Shown one piece after another: positions 1 to 11,539 of a DNA stretch of 64,000 nt. Each line of letters begins with the position of its first letter. Within the stretch, counting starts at the first letter, position 1. The DNA lies in NCBI GenBank assembly GCA_028023455.1, contig JAQFVV010000003.1, positions 12,090,001 through 12,154,000 on the forward strand, read 5' to 3'. The notes below the pieces were generated by a model that was not told the origin of the DNA, made no database searches, and saw nothing but the letters and a program-made list of their open reading frames with translations. The position numbers and the translations under genes are program-made. This DNA comes from Epiperipatus broadwayi. Taxonomy: Eukaryota; Animalia; Onychophora.

Positions 1-920
1 GAGGAGACTTTGGATCCAACAGCAGGTGACGGATGTCCTATCATGGATCAAGACCTCCAGCTCCCTATTCCAGTCAAAACTTACTTACTGGGACACATAC
101 TGACTAATGTTTGAGGAGAAAACATGTACCCCCATCTTGCTCTCAATTTTTATCTCCAGACTTGCCAAATGGACACAATTCCTCAGACTTGAGCCAAGTA
201 CGTAGACTTCCTGCTCAAGGTCAACCTTAAGGCCCTTCCCACAAGGTCCTTTTTATTCCATCATAGAGGCTATAACATCGATACCTTATGTCCAAGAAGG
301 GCCTTCCCACAAGGTCCTTTTTATTCCATCATAGAGGCTATAACATCGATACCTTATGTCCAATGTGTGGGAAGCAGGAAGAGACCATGGACCACATTCT
401 GTTCCATTGTGATTCGTGGTCTTGTCTCCGAGGCATGATTCTGAGGAAAATGTCTGCACCTGACCTGACTTATGTAATGATTCCTCTGGCCTTTGAAAAG
501 GGGCTTTTTGCCAGAATTCGGCTGGCTTCATTTGTCAACTTCGGGATTTGGACTATACGTTGCAAACTATTGTTTGAAAGTGGGATTGACCATAGTCCCG
601 AGGACCTCCTTATAAATTTCATACGGAAGGCTAGGGAGATTGACAAGAGGACTTGCCCAGAACAGTTGGTGATTCAGACCTGGGATCAACTAAAAATTTA
701 AGTTTTAAGACATTCTGTTTCATTCTATGGACGATGCGTCTGTCCTTGTCAGGATAGATTCTCCCCCTATTGCTGTGATGACAGGGATGGTATGACCGAC
801 CCCCTAACCATCCTATTTGAACTGTATTCCTGTAAATTCATTGCAAACAATGCTTGTTAACAGCAGCTCTAACTATTACCTGTATACACAAGTATGTACC
901 TTACTCTATCATTGAATAAA
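1..920 (+). mobile_element. 3' end of an L1/Tx1-type non-LTR retrotransposon (zf-RVT C-terminal region, 3' UTR, polyA signal), disrupted
   Basis: Joining frames across a 1-nt deletion gives WTQFLRLEPKYVDFLLKVNLKALPTRSFLFHHRGYNIDTLCPMCGKQEETMDHILFHC, the LPT...CxxC...ETxxHxxxxC signature of the RT zinc-binding region. Stop at 701. Small hairpins in the 3' UTR and AATAAA at 915-920. Confidence 0.8.
234..363 (+). repeat. Tandem duplication inside the LINE ORF (62 identical bp, 68-bp period)
   Basis: 234-295 is identical to 302-363. The period is not a multiple of 3, so it frameshifts the ORF. Confidence 0.95.
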
Positions 921-3728
921 ATATATTTTTTGAAAGTAAAATTTTGATAAAAGGGGACTATAGGAGAGGTCTGTATAAAAGTGATGGCTGCTCTATTGTT
1001 ATGATTATCATTCCAATTTTGTGTGCTATTGTCAGTCAGAAGCATGAAAAAACCCAAGGAAAGTCATTGCTGAAGATTGAATGGCCAGCTATGGGGAGAA
1101 TCATAAATAAAGGAAACATGCTAACTGCTAAAAGATGATATCACCTTCCCATTAGAAAACTGAGGTAAATATAATATTCTAAGTTGTAAATTTAGTGTCT
1201 AGACATTTTTAAGAGAAAATGGTCTATGAAAATGGACAACTAATGACATTTAAATGCTGATAATTATTGCATGATTATTTATATATTATTTATATTTCCA
1301 TTCTTGCTATTAAAAGGTGTGAAGGTTGCCTTGACAGCAGTTAGAGATATTGGTTGCTGTGAATGTTTAGGTGGTTACTGGTTGGAAACTAATTATATAT
1401 ATATATTGTTATATTAAATATTTGATTATGTGTGCATAGGAATGAAGTTTATTTAAATGATGCTTACTTTTCTCTCTTTTAACTACCTCACCATGATTAT
1501 AAGATTATAATTATTCCTATGTACTCATTAGTAATGCGCTGGATCTCCTGTTCAAGATGTTGGAGCTAGCCTGAGTAAGTTTCAAGTGCTTTGTTCAGTT
1601 GCCTTTCATCCATGCATGCTGCCTATATAAAGTTTATATGACTGGATGGCACCTGAAACTTGTCTCAAAACAGGTAAAGTGCCTTGGATGATGGGCATCA
1701 TCTCATTAGTATGGAGAGTGCTATGGTCAGGAAAAATGGTCAGGGCTGCCGTTCGTATAACCTCAATCTGACCATAGGTGTCATTGATGGTTCGTCTGTC
1801 AATGATATTCTACCCCTCTGCTTGAATGTGTGATCACTAGGGTAATGAGGCAGTAAATAAATACGAAGAGAAATAATAATGTTTGTAGTTTTTAAGCAGT
1901 ACTTTTCTGAATGTCAAAATGTTAATTGTGCACTATGTTGATAAAGATATGGAGTCAGTTAGCAAATGTAGACAGTCAGTTAACAATTGTAGACAGATAA
2001 CTTAATAAATCCAGTCATAATCTACAATTAGAATTATAAATATAAATAATAATTATGGTTAATGAATAAGCATTTAATAAATATATGTTTTTCTCCCCCC
2101 CCTCCCATAATCATTACAATAGAAAATGTCATCTTTTTCCTTTTAACTGGAAAAATTTATTATGATGATTATAATTCTAGAGCACTCATTGATTTCAAGT
2201 TCAGATGAAAAGATATAAATAATAAACATAAAGTAATTAACTGCTCTGAGCAGCTTTTGACAAAACCCTGTCAGAATCATAATTGGTCAGTGCAATTTAT
2301 TAGTTTGTTTATTTATATCTTTTTATCCAACTCTAAGTCAACTCATGCTGTCGAATTACATAATTTCATGAAAAGAATTAATATGTTGAGATTTACATAT
2401 TATGATTATAATTGACATTTAACAAAATGAGTTGACCATTTTCAGAATTAGATACAAATAAAATTATATTGAAAAATAAAAATGAGGTTTAGCCAAAAAA
2501 AAAAAATCATAATATTTTATTTTAGGTGAAAAATAAAAAAGGAATAACAAATGTTTGTTTTATATATATAATTGAAATTGTTGGATAATGGAAAGTTCCA
2601 ATTAATTTTAACAAATTAATTGGAATTTACAGTTTACATCTGTTTGTATATAAATATACATTTAATTTATACTAATTTAGTGATATTAAAAATTTTTTTA
2701 ATTATAATGTAGGTATTATGACATTAATATGAGGACTTATTTAAAAGTTAAGATATTTTAGATCAAAAATAATTTTATTCTGTATGTTTTTATAAAGTTT
2801 AATTTTCTTTTCATATGTATATAAGAAGTGGTGGAGGTGAAATTGAACTTCATTATTTAGTAATATAACCGTATTTGTCTGTATGTATGAAGAATAAAAA
2901 GAAAAGCAGTAATGAAGAAGTTTATTTTTATCCTAAAACAGTAATTTAACTTTTTGAATAATAGTTATTTTATACATCATTTTAAAAAAAATTAAAAATT
3001 ATATTTAAGCTATTAACTTATTAAGCTTCTCATGCTATTCAGTATATCAGAGATGTTCATTCAATCATTGGGGATCTAGAATGTCACTGTCTTGATCTTA
3101 GAACTCTATTATTTAGGCTGTTGGATTTGTCTTTAGCACAGAACAAAAACATGTTTATACTAACAAAATATTGCAATATATCTATGTGTACATTTAACAT
3201 GCTTTCAGAAGTTCTATTTCTTTGACTTGGAGCCATCTGTCGTAAGCTAATCAAAGAATCCTAGTCTGGAGGTGTTGATAAAATAGCACTATCATCTAGA
3301 GCAGTGATCTTCAACCTTTTTACACCTGCGGACCGGCAAAAATAAGGATAAGATTTTGCAGATCAGCAGAAGTTTACAGATAAATTTTCTTAAAGATGTA
3401 ACCTGCTTAACCTTAGATGAGCATAATTGTTATAACTGACCAAAACAGCACACTAGTTATTGTGTATTGTAATGGTGTTTGCTTACTTTCACATGCGGAA
3501 CACTCTTTCTCAAGTTGCGCAGTCATACTGCTACAGAAAACAGTACAATAACAATTGTTCTCATTAATGTGTTTGCATTTCTACATTTATTATTTCATTG
3601 TTAAAACATGCAAGAATAAACCTGAATGTTGGGAAATATCACAGCTAGTGTAATTATATGATGATTAAGATAAATGTAATATCTGTATTTAATGTTAAAT
3701 ATACAATATGAAGTTATATATATATGTA

Positions 3729-5829
3729 GGTTGTCTTTTGATAGTAGTAAGGGCAAAATAGAAATCGCGTAATTAAAATCACTGTACAGCCAAAAAAAAG
3801 TCGCCGTATTTTAAATCTGAAAAAATAAAACGAAACATGTAAAAGTCTGAAGTTTTGATGTTATTGTAATTTTTTGTGTGCTCGTGTGTTGAAAGGATCA
3901 AAAAATGTAATTAATAGGAAAAGTTTTTTTAAAAAATGGCAAAATAGACATCGCGTAATAGAAATAAAGCCAAAAAAAAATCGCCGTATAGTCGCTGTGT
4001 TAAAAAAAAAAAAAAGACAACGAAAGTTGAAAAAGTCAAAAGTTTTGATCTTATTTTAATTTTTTTTTGGGGGGAGGGGGGGAGTGGGTTGAGAAATACT
4101 TTGTCTTCACTGAGACAAAAGGTAGAGACCAAAGTTATTTTTTGTTTGTTTTTATTTTTTAAAAAAGGTAACAGATATTGGTTTTAAAAATAAAAGTTTT
4201 AGTATATTAGCAGTATACAAATAAAGCAAAAAAAAAATTTGTCTTATAGGCCAAAAAAAAGTAGGCGTATTTTTTTTTTAAAAAAAAAAAGAAGATGAAA
4301 CTTGAAAAAGTCAAAAGTTTTGATCTTATTTTAATTTGCGGGTGAGGGGATGGATTGAGAAATACTTTGTAAAAGTTAGAGAGAAAGTTTTTGGTTGTTT
4401 TTCTTTTTAAAAAAAAAGTGATAAAAATTGATTTCAAAAATAAAAGTTAAAGCCAAAAAAGATCTTATTTTAATTTTTTTGGGGGGAGTGGGTTGAGAAA
4501 TACTTTGTCTTCACTAAGATAGAGACAAAAGTTATTTTTTGTTTGTTTTTATTTTTAAAAAAGGGTAATGAAAATTGGTTTTAAAAATAAAAGCTTTAGT
4601 ATATCAGTGGTATACAAATAAAGGCAAAAAAGATATCGCCTTATAGACCAAAAAAAGAGGTCGTATTTTTAAACAAAAAAAAAAACTGAAACTTGAAAAA
4701 GTCAAAAGTTTTGATCTTACTTTATTTGGGGGGTGTTGAGAAATACTTTGTAAAAGTTAGAGACAGAAGTTATTTTTTGGTGTTTATTTTTTAAAAAAGA
4801 TAATAAAAATTGATTTCAAAAATAAAAGTTAAAGCCAAAAAAAAAATTGCCATATAGCCAAAAAAAAAACACCCTAAAAATGAAATATTAATTCTTCAAC
4901 CGTCTCTTACGAAGCTCCTCGTCGACATCTGACGTCACTCTAACTCTGCCAGTTCTTATGCTAAAAAATTCGTTTGATAGGTTTTGAATAGGTTTTTAAA
5001 AGTTCTGTAAGATGGTGCCCTCTTCCGATTTATTTTACAAGTAAAAAATAAAAAAAAACGCATTTAAACCTAAACAAAGAAAGAACATCGTTTGTAATTG
5101 GTTGTTAGTGAGCTCTCAGCCGAAAAAGACATTCTGATTGGCTGGAAAGAACAAAGAAACCGCCTGATCAAAGAAAATAAAGAAAAACGCTTTTCATTTC
5201 GAATGCAATTTTAAGTATTAAAAAAATATAATTTAAAGAAAAACGCTTTTCATTTCGAATGCAATTTTAAGTATTAAAAAAATATAATTTCAGAAATTAA
5301 ACTAGTTTTTTAAAAAAAAAACTAAAAAAACAAAATTATTTTCGAAAAATATTGAAGATTTTAGTAAAAATATTAAAGAAATATTTAAAAGAAATATTTA
5401 CTTTTCTATAACGTAAAAGTCGACCTTTTTGTTTATATTATAGCTTTTATGTTGCCGAAATTGAATATTTTAGAATAAATAAATAGCAATTTATTTTTGA
5501 AAGAACTTTCGTTCTCTTCATAACCTGAAAAATTAGTAATATACTTTTTATAAACGTATCTGAGTTGAATTTAATATTATAGGTGAATATGTTTTAACAA
5601 TAGGCTTTGCCTTCAGTTTGTGAGTTGGCCAATTAAAAGATTTGATTTTTACCTCATACAACCAATAATATAATTAGCGGTTAAAAGGTTAAAAGATGGA
5701 GTAGAAAAAATTTAAGAGATCAAAAAAAGTCACCATATTTGTAAAATTGCGGCCCGGTAAAGTTACATTTTATTGTTTTAACACAAACAACGTCAACAAG
5801 CGGCCGTGATTGGCTATCAAAAGACAAAC
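3729..5829. mobile_element. Unclassified inverted-repeat-bounded element carrying an irregular minisatellite array
   Basis: 16-bp terminal inverted repeats, 15/16 match (GGTTGTCTTTTGATAG 3729-3744; CTATCAAAAGACAAAC 5814-5829). Absent from the sister hAT copy, whose backbone ATATATATGGAGTTT resumes at ~5830. Internal repeats are anchored on AAAAGTCAAAAGTTTTGATCTTA at ~3841, 4031, 4306 and 4697. No clear TSD. Confidence 0.65.
4888..5692. mobile_element. piggyBac-like MITE (TTAA-flanked) inserted in the minisatellite element
   Basis: The right end reads TTAACCTTTTAACCGC on the minus strand (5677-5692). The left end TTAATTCTTCAACCGT matches 11/16. TTAA is present at both ends and the host repeat resumes after 5692. 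Internal 56-bp tandem duplication at 5179-5290. Confidence 0.55.
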
Positions 5830-5857
5830 GGAGTTTTACAATAAAAACTTTTTTTTT

Positions 5858-5994
5858 AATTTTGAATTTTTTTAGAAAAATAATAAAAAATTTAATTCTA
5901 CCCTTCCTCCTAAACATCTGTGATAAATTTGAATTTTTTTAGAAAAATAATAAAAAATTTAATTCTACCCTTCCCCCTAAACATCTGTGATAAA
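5858..5994 (+). repeat. Tandem duplication, ~67-bp unit x2
   Basis: TTTGAATTTTTTTAGAAAAATAATAAAAAATTTAATTCTACCCTTCC(T/C)CCTAAACATCTGTGATAA occurs twice. Confidence 0.9.
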
Positions 5995-8900
5995 TAGAAA
6001 AACAAATTAATTTATGTATGATTGATTAGATTTTGTTTCATTCTGTTTCTTTTTTTTTTAATCGGGTAAAAATGCGTTGATAAAATAAATAAAAATTGTT
6101 TATATTAATTAAAAGTTTAAAATCTTATTATTCTGTTATTACAAACTTTCTTGTCAGTCTAATGCAAACCGGCAGAAAACTTCTGTGGCTCGGTGCCGGT
6201 CCGCGAACTGGGGGTTGAAGACCACTGATCTAGAGTACATTGATTATTCAAGCTTAAAACAAACATCTTTGAAGCTCACTGAAAAGAACTGTAAACATGT
6301 TGGAAAGAAAGATTTTAAACTATCAAAGTTAATAGATAAGCAACACATTTTCATGTATTTACATAAGAAATGGGATAAAATTATAGATAATATGCTACAG
6401 GTATGTAATTATGAGGGGCAGGTAAAAAAAGTTAAATTGGTTAGAGGAAAAGTTGAGTTGTGGAAAGTGAATATGAATAAAAAGAATAATTTGGATATGA
6501 AATAATGTGATAACACTAAAAGGATCTTATTGTTAGATATGACTTTGCATACCAGGGAATGAAAGCATAAGTAAACGTAGTTTACATGGAGATAGGGGAA
6601 AGAGTATTGAATACTCATTTTGGAGATGTAGGATGTTGAAAGAGGATCACATTAAATTGTATGAAGAATGATAGAAATTTAAAGGTAAAGGGAGTTAAAA
6701 AAAAATAGCTTTTATGATTTTTTTTTGTTTAGATCCTTATAATGATATTGAGAATATGCTAATAAGATAAAGAATTTAATGAAATAGCTTTTATTAAAAT
6801 GGGATAGGAGGAAAAAAGAAATGAATCCAGGCTGTGAAAGTAATTGAGTAATAATGAGCAAGAAGTAAATGAGTTTATCATTCTGTATAATGATTTTGGA
6901 GATCGAGGAATGTTTCTAAGTTGGCCACCAGGGTTTCTGAATATATAGTCTATGTGCACAAACTTCTGATTTTGTTTACGTAGTCATTTTACATGACATC
7001 AGAACATCATTGCTAGTGGAAATATGTATTTTAATCACATCTTTAATTAATATTAGATTTTTTTATGAGTTTGTGATGATGTTCATACCATGACTTAAGT
7101 TCAAATCTATGTGAAACTTGATTTTTTTTTTTAAGTAACTAATTCATATTGTTATAAGGATTAAATAAAGTTTATGGTAGTGTTTTAAAATCAAGATGCT
7201 AGAATAAAGTGTGTTAAGGGAGTGGAAAATAATGATGTGTTATCAGTGATGATCAAGTGCAATCATTTGGTAGTCATTCTTTGTTGGCTAGTTGTTTCTG
7301 TCTTTGGGCAGAGAATTTAACATGTAAATAGCTCACAACCAATATAGGTAATCTATCTTTATTGGTCATTAAGCAGATTTAAAAAGTAATGACTCCAAGA
7401 TAGAGTCAGTACAAAGGAAAACAAAATATGATTATAATCTATAATTTCAACAGTTTAGGGAATTGTTTTTTATGATTTATCTTACACATAACATGCTATC
7501 ACTAATGATAATGGAAGTCATAGTTTAACTTTTTTGAAAACTTTATTTTGTATTATTATTAGTTGCAATCGAATAGATCCTGGTGATTTGCAAATGATAA
7601 TTTAACTTATTTTCTAATTTTTACGATTGAAACAGATACAAACGTAACATGTAGTTAATAACTGTCAAACTATATATTTAGTTTTTCAGTTGCCTTAATA
7701 GACATTGTGTTTATTGTTGTATGACCAAGCCCATTGCATTGTTGATATCTCTTTTTTATAATTTTTTTTTAATTTATTGTTTTTTTTGTCCAATGATTTA
7801 TCTAAGAAATAACTCGGTGTTTACTCATTTTTCAATTTCCAATCTAATGAAAGTTTGTATACATATCTATTCCCAATGACAATACATTTTTTAACAACTT
7901 GATTGTATTTATCAGAATTGGATGGCGTCGGAGTTGTGAGTGGAGGGAGTTTGACAGTGGTAAATGAAAATGTAACAATTTGAAAAGTTTCAGCAAAAAA
8001 TAGAAAAAAAATAAGTTTTTAATATATACATTTAGTACTGTTTATGGTATTTTTATCTAGTAGCATTACTCTAGAAAGAAAAAAAAGGTAAATAAATTAA
8101 ATGAGGTAGGGTCATTGAAACAGGATAGTATTCACTATTCTACATAGCCTAAACAAAATGGTGATGATAATGATAAATCTGGGTTTGGGGGAGGGGGGTT
8201 AACTAACTAATTTTTTAGCAAAACCATAGTTTTCTGTGTTTAGATAATTACAAAAATAATTGGAAAAATAATTAAAATTAAATATTCTAAATTATTTATA
8301 AAATTCTAAATTTTATTGAGATTTCATAATTTTTCCTGTATCATTTTAGCATTATTAAATGTGGAATAGTATGACTTATAAAACTGTTAACTAAGCTAGA
8401 ATGAAAAAATACCACCTTATGTTTATGAGTTATGGAAAGAGTTTTGATCCTTTAAATTAATTTTTTATTAATTTTACTTAAGTGAGCAAAAGAGTTTAAA
8501 ATTGTTATTAAATAGATACTTTTAAGAAATTACAAAAAATAGCCTTAAATTTATCAATAAATTTTATTCTCAAGTTTTTTTTAAAAAAATTTATTGAAAA
8601 GTAAAAAAAAAAAAATTTAACTTTTATAATATTTTTTATATTATGTGACCAACGTAAAAACACTTAGCACTCATGTTCAGAAATAATCTTAAAAATATTT
8701 CTAAATATGAATGTGGCACATTTTTGTTTTTATGATATAATATTAAGAATACCATTAAAGCGGAATTTTTTTTTACTTTGTGCATTTTTTTTTTCCTTTT
8801 TAAAGTATTTAGGTGAATAAAAATGTTTCTTTAATATATATATTCTCCATTAATCTTTCCAAATATTATGCTCTTTTCTAATGATTTAAATAATCCCATA

Positions 8901-9599
8901 TAGCAAAAATATGACTTTTAATCTGGTCATTTATACTTCAAGCAAAAATTCAGTTTGGATCTAATGGATTATTCACTTGTTTATTTGCTTATTGACACAT
9001 TGTATTTTCAGAACAATTAAACAATATTCATTTAAACAGATATTGATTTCAATAGATATTACTATTATATTATTGGTATAAGAACAATATTGTATGTTAT
9101 AAAAAATAATAATTTAAAGAATTTAACATGCACTTTTTTTTTTCAGCTTTAAAATCTTTTTTTTTTTTTAATTTAAAAATTCTTTATACAGTAGTTTAAA
9201 ACTGTCTTATTTTCATCCTAGAACATAAAATATTTTTCATCTGTTTTTTAGCAGTAATATTAGGAAACAAGATTCCTTTCTCTGCATTAGAATGGCAAGG
9301 TTCTTCATCCTGAAAGCACACCCACACAAAATATACTGGTGTTAAATACGTTTATTACTTTAATTATTTTAAAAAAGTAGTTTTGTGTTTAAGAAAATGT
9401 CATCAATAAACAGCTAATAAGTGAAAACTTGTATGTATATATACTATTGAGATTGTGTAGATGTGTGTGACCATAACTATATATCCTAAAAGACGATGAT
9501 GTGTTGAATTGTAATAATTTAAAATATGTATCTAATACAAACTTGTAATAAATATTTGAAATCTTAATAAAAAAATAATCGTTTTAATAATCTCAATTA

Positions 9600-10800
9600 T
9601 GTCATTTAGCATTTGACTACGGAAAGTAAAAAGTTGAGTTTCATCCAGGAACCTTTAAAACTTCTATTACTATGCTAAGCAGTATTGAAGCTAATTATGC
9701 AAATTTTATTCTTCAATAATTATTCTGCATCAATTTTTGCCATTAATAAAATTTTGAAGAATAAATCATTGTTCTGATTACAGTCCACATGCACTCAAAA
9801 CAAACCTAATGGTATTGGTTCAGGTCCTTTGGAATCCAAGCAAAAGTCCTTTTATAATTGAATTTCCTGGCAAATTTAATAAATTAATAGTTTAGTGTTT
9901 TATTTTTTTAAAATGTAAGTTTAGTTTAATAAATTTTAGATATTAAAAATGTCCACCTAGCATATGTACTGGAGAAAGATTTATTTTCTGTTCTGGAAAA
10001 AGAAAACATTTGGCAAAACGATAGTGTTTACTAAACTTATGTGATAGTGATATCTTGAAATATCCATTTCATATCCATTGACTAAATCAATTTTTTTCAT
10101 AAATGCCTCAGAATAACGAAACAGAATATTGCTGCCTGCTGATGAAAACCTTTGATTATTATCAATATTAGTTTGCCATAAATCAGTTAATCTTCAACAA
10201 AATTATTATAGATAGCATCTAATGTTCAAGATTCAGTTATAATACAAATCATGAGAATATGAAGGATTAACCACATTCTTAAAAAAATACAAAGAAATTG
10301 ATAGATGACTTTAAAAAGAAGAAAAAGATGGTTATAAGGAAATAACAGAGCGAGATAACCTTGTTGTACACATACAAATTTATGAGAAATGTTGTTAGTC
10401 ATTGGCAGATATCCTAGTTGAGTTGTCTTTCCAATTACAATATATATAATTATTCAAGAAACAACATTCAATCAGATAATCTCATTCAACTTAAATTTTA
10501 TCAGTTGATTTCTGAAATGAATCAGAAAACAACTTTTCCATTAATTTCAACAGCAGAAATTATGCTAATAACAATTTAAACATTGATAAAATCTTTCACC
10601 ATTAATGTTTTAGCTAACAATGCTGCCAATTATTTTAGTTGTTCTACAAGTTTAAAATCAGCTGAATAGAGATTAAGAATTTTTTGCTTAATAATCTTGA
10701 TGATTTTTTTAATGATAATAATTAAAAGATTGTTGGTCAACCATATATTCTCTTACAAAATTGTTTACAAATTTTGACAATAATAAAACTTATTTTGTCA
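9600..10800 (-). mobile_element. Highly decayed non-LTR reverse transcriptase remnant (CR1/L2/Jockey-like)
   Basis: Minus-strand peptides LTDLWQTNIDNN...ILFRYSEAF (cf. LTDxW..IDxG..FLDxSKAF), then GIPKG..PLGLF and KILLMAKID..WMKLN, in RT motif order. Many stops and frameshifts. Confidence 0.35.
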
Positions 10801-11539
10801 GTCATTATGAAATCTCTGTTGGATAAATTTTGTCTGTTTTTAAGAGATAAAAAAAAAAAAAAGGATAATGATATACTAACATTTAAGAATAAATAGTAAA
10901 TATGATCTAAATAGATAAAGAATTAAAAGGCAATAAATTAAGATAACTAATAGATATAGATAATAAATAAATCTGAACAGATAAAAATAGTTATGCTTTT
11001 AAAAAAATACTATACACACACACAATCTATCATCTATCCAGTTACAACTGTAGATAGTTTTTTCAAGGTTTTCTTTTTTTCTATTTTCATCAAATACTCC
11101 TACTTTCACTTCTTTAAAGTCAACCTTCAATGTCTTCTTTGTTCAGTTCTTTTCAATATATCTTTTATTATTTTGTTACTTTTAAAATAATATATAATTG
11201 AATAGTTAGTTGCTTGGGAGATCATGGGAAGTTTAAACAGTTAAAATAGATTATCAATTTCATTAATTAATTTCTTCAATAACAGGGTTTTTTTATCACT
11301 GTCTTTTTAATAAGATCTCAATGGATTATATTGTGTTTGCCTAATATGCTCTTGTGCTGGGTTCAAATTGAATATTTTTTTAATGGCTAAAAACAAAACA
11401 AACAAGCTTAGAAGGTTTTTCAAGTAGCCAACCTGTGCCAGTCTAGCTAGTCATCCAATAATCAATATTGAGTATTTAGACAATATTAAGTAGTTAAAGA
11501 TTCCAAGATTATTTGAGGTAGTCATTTGAGTATCAATGT

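Larger units (their letters stand above)
3302..6227. mobile_element. Non-autonomous hAT (Buster/Charlie-type) element with nested insertions
   Basis: TIRs CAGTGATCTTCAACC / GGTTGAAGACCACTG. Perfect 8-bp TSD ATCTAGAG at 3294-3301 and 6228-6235. Both ends are shared with the copy at 23185-24765. Confidence 0.92.

Noticed and set aside
3874-4437. ORF-track entries rich in K/F/L/I here and at many other AT-rich sites (e.g. 10993, 26388, 31580, 52728, 57512)
   Set aside because: Low-complexity translations of A/T runs and repeats with no family motifs.
3740-4880. Repeat array considered as a CRISPR-like locus
   Set aside because: Units are long, irregular and degenerate, with no unique spacers and no cas genes. 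The context is eukaryotic.
6240-6960. Possible Jockey-like LINE fragment on the minus strand
   Set aside because: Only vague similarity, with no diagnostic motif recoverable by eye.
10380-10450. Minus-strand CNWKDNSTRISAN resembling a ZMYM1/TTF-type hAT zinc finger
   Set aside because: Single short motif. Neighbouring fragments fit a LINE RT better.
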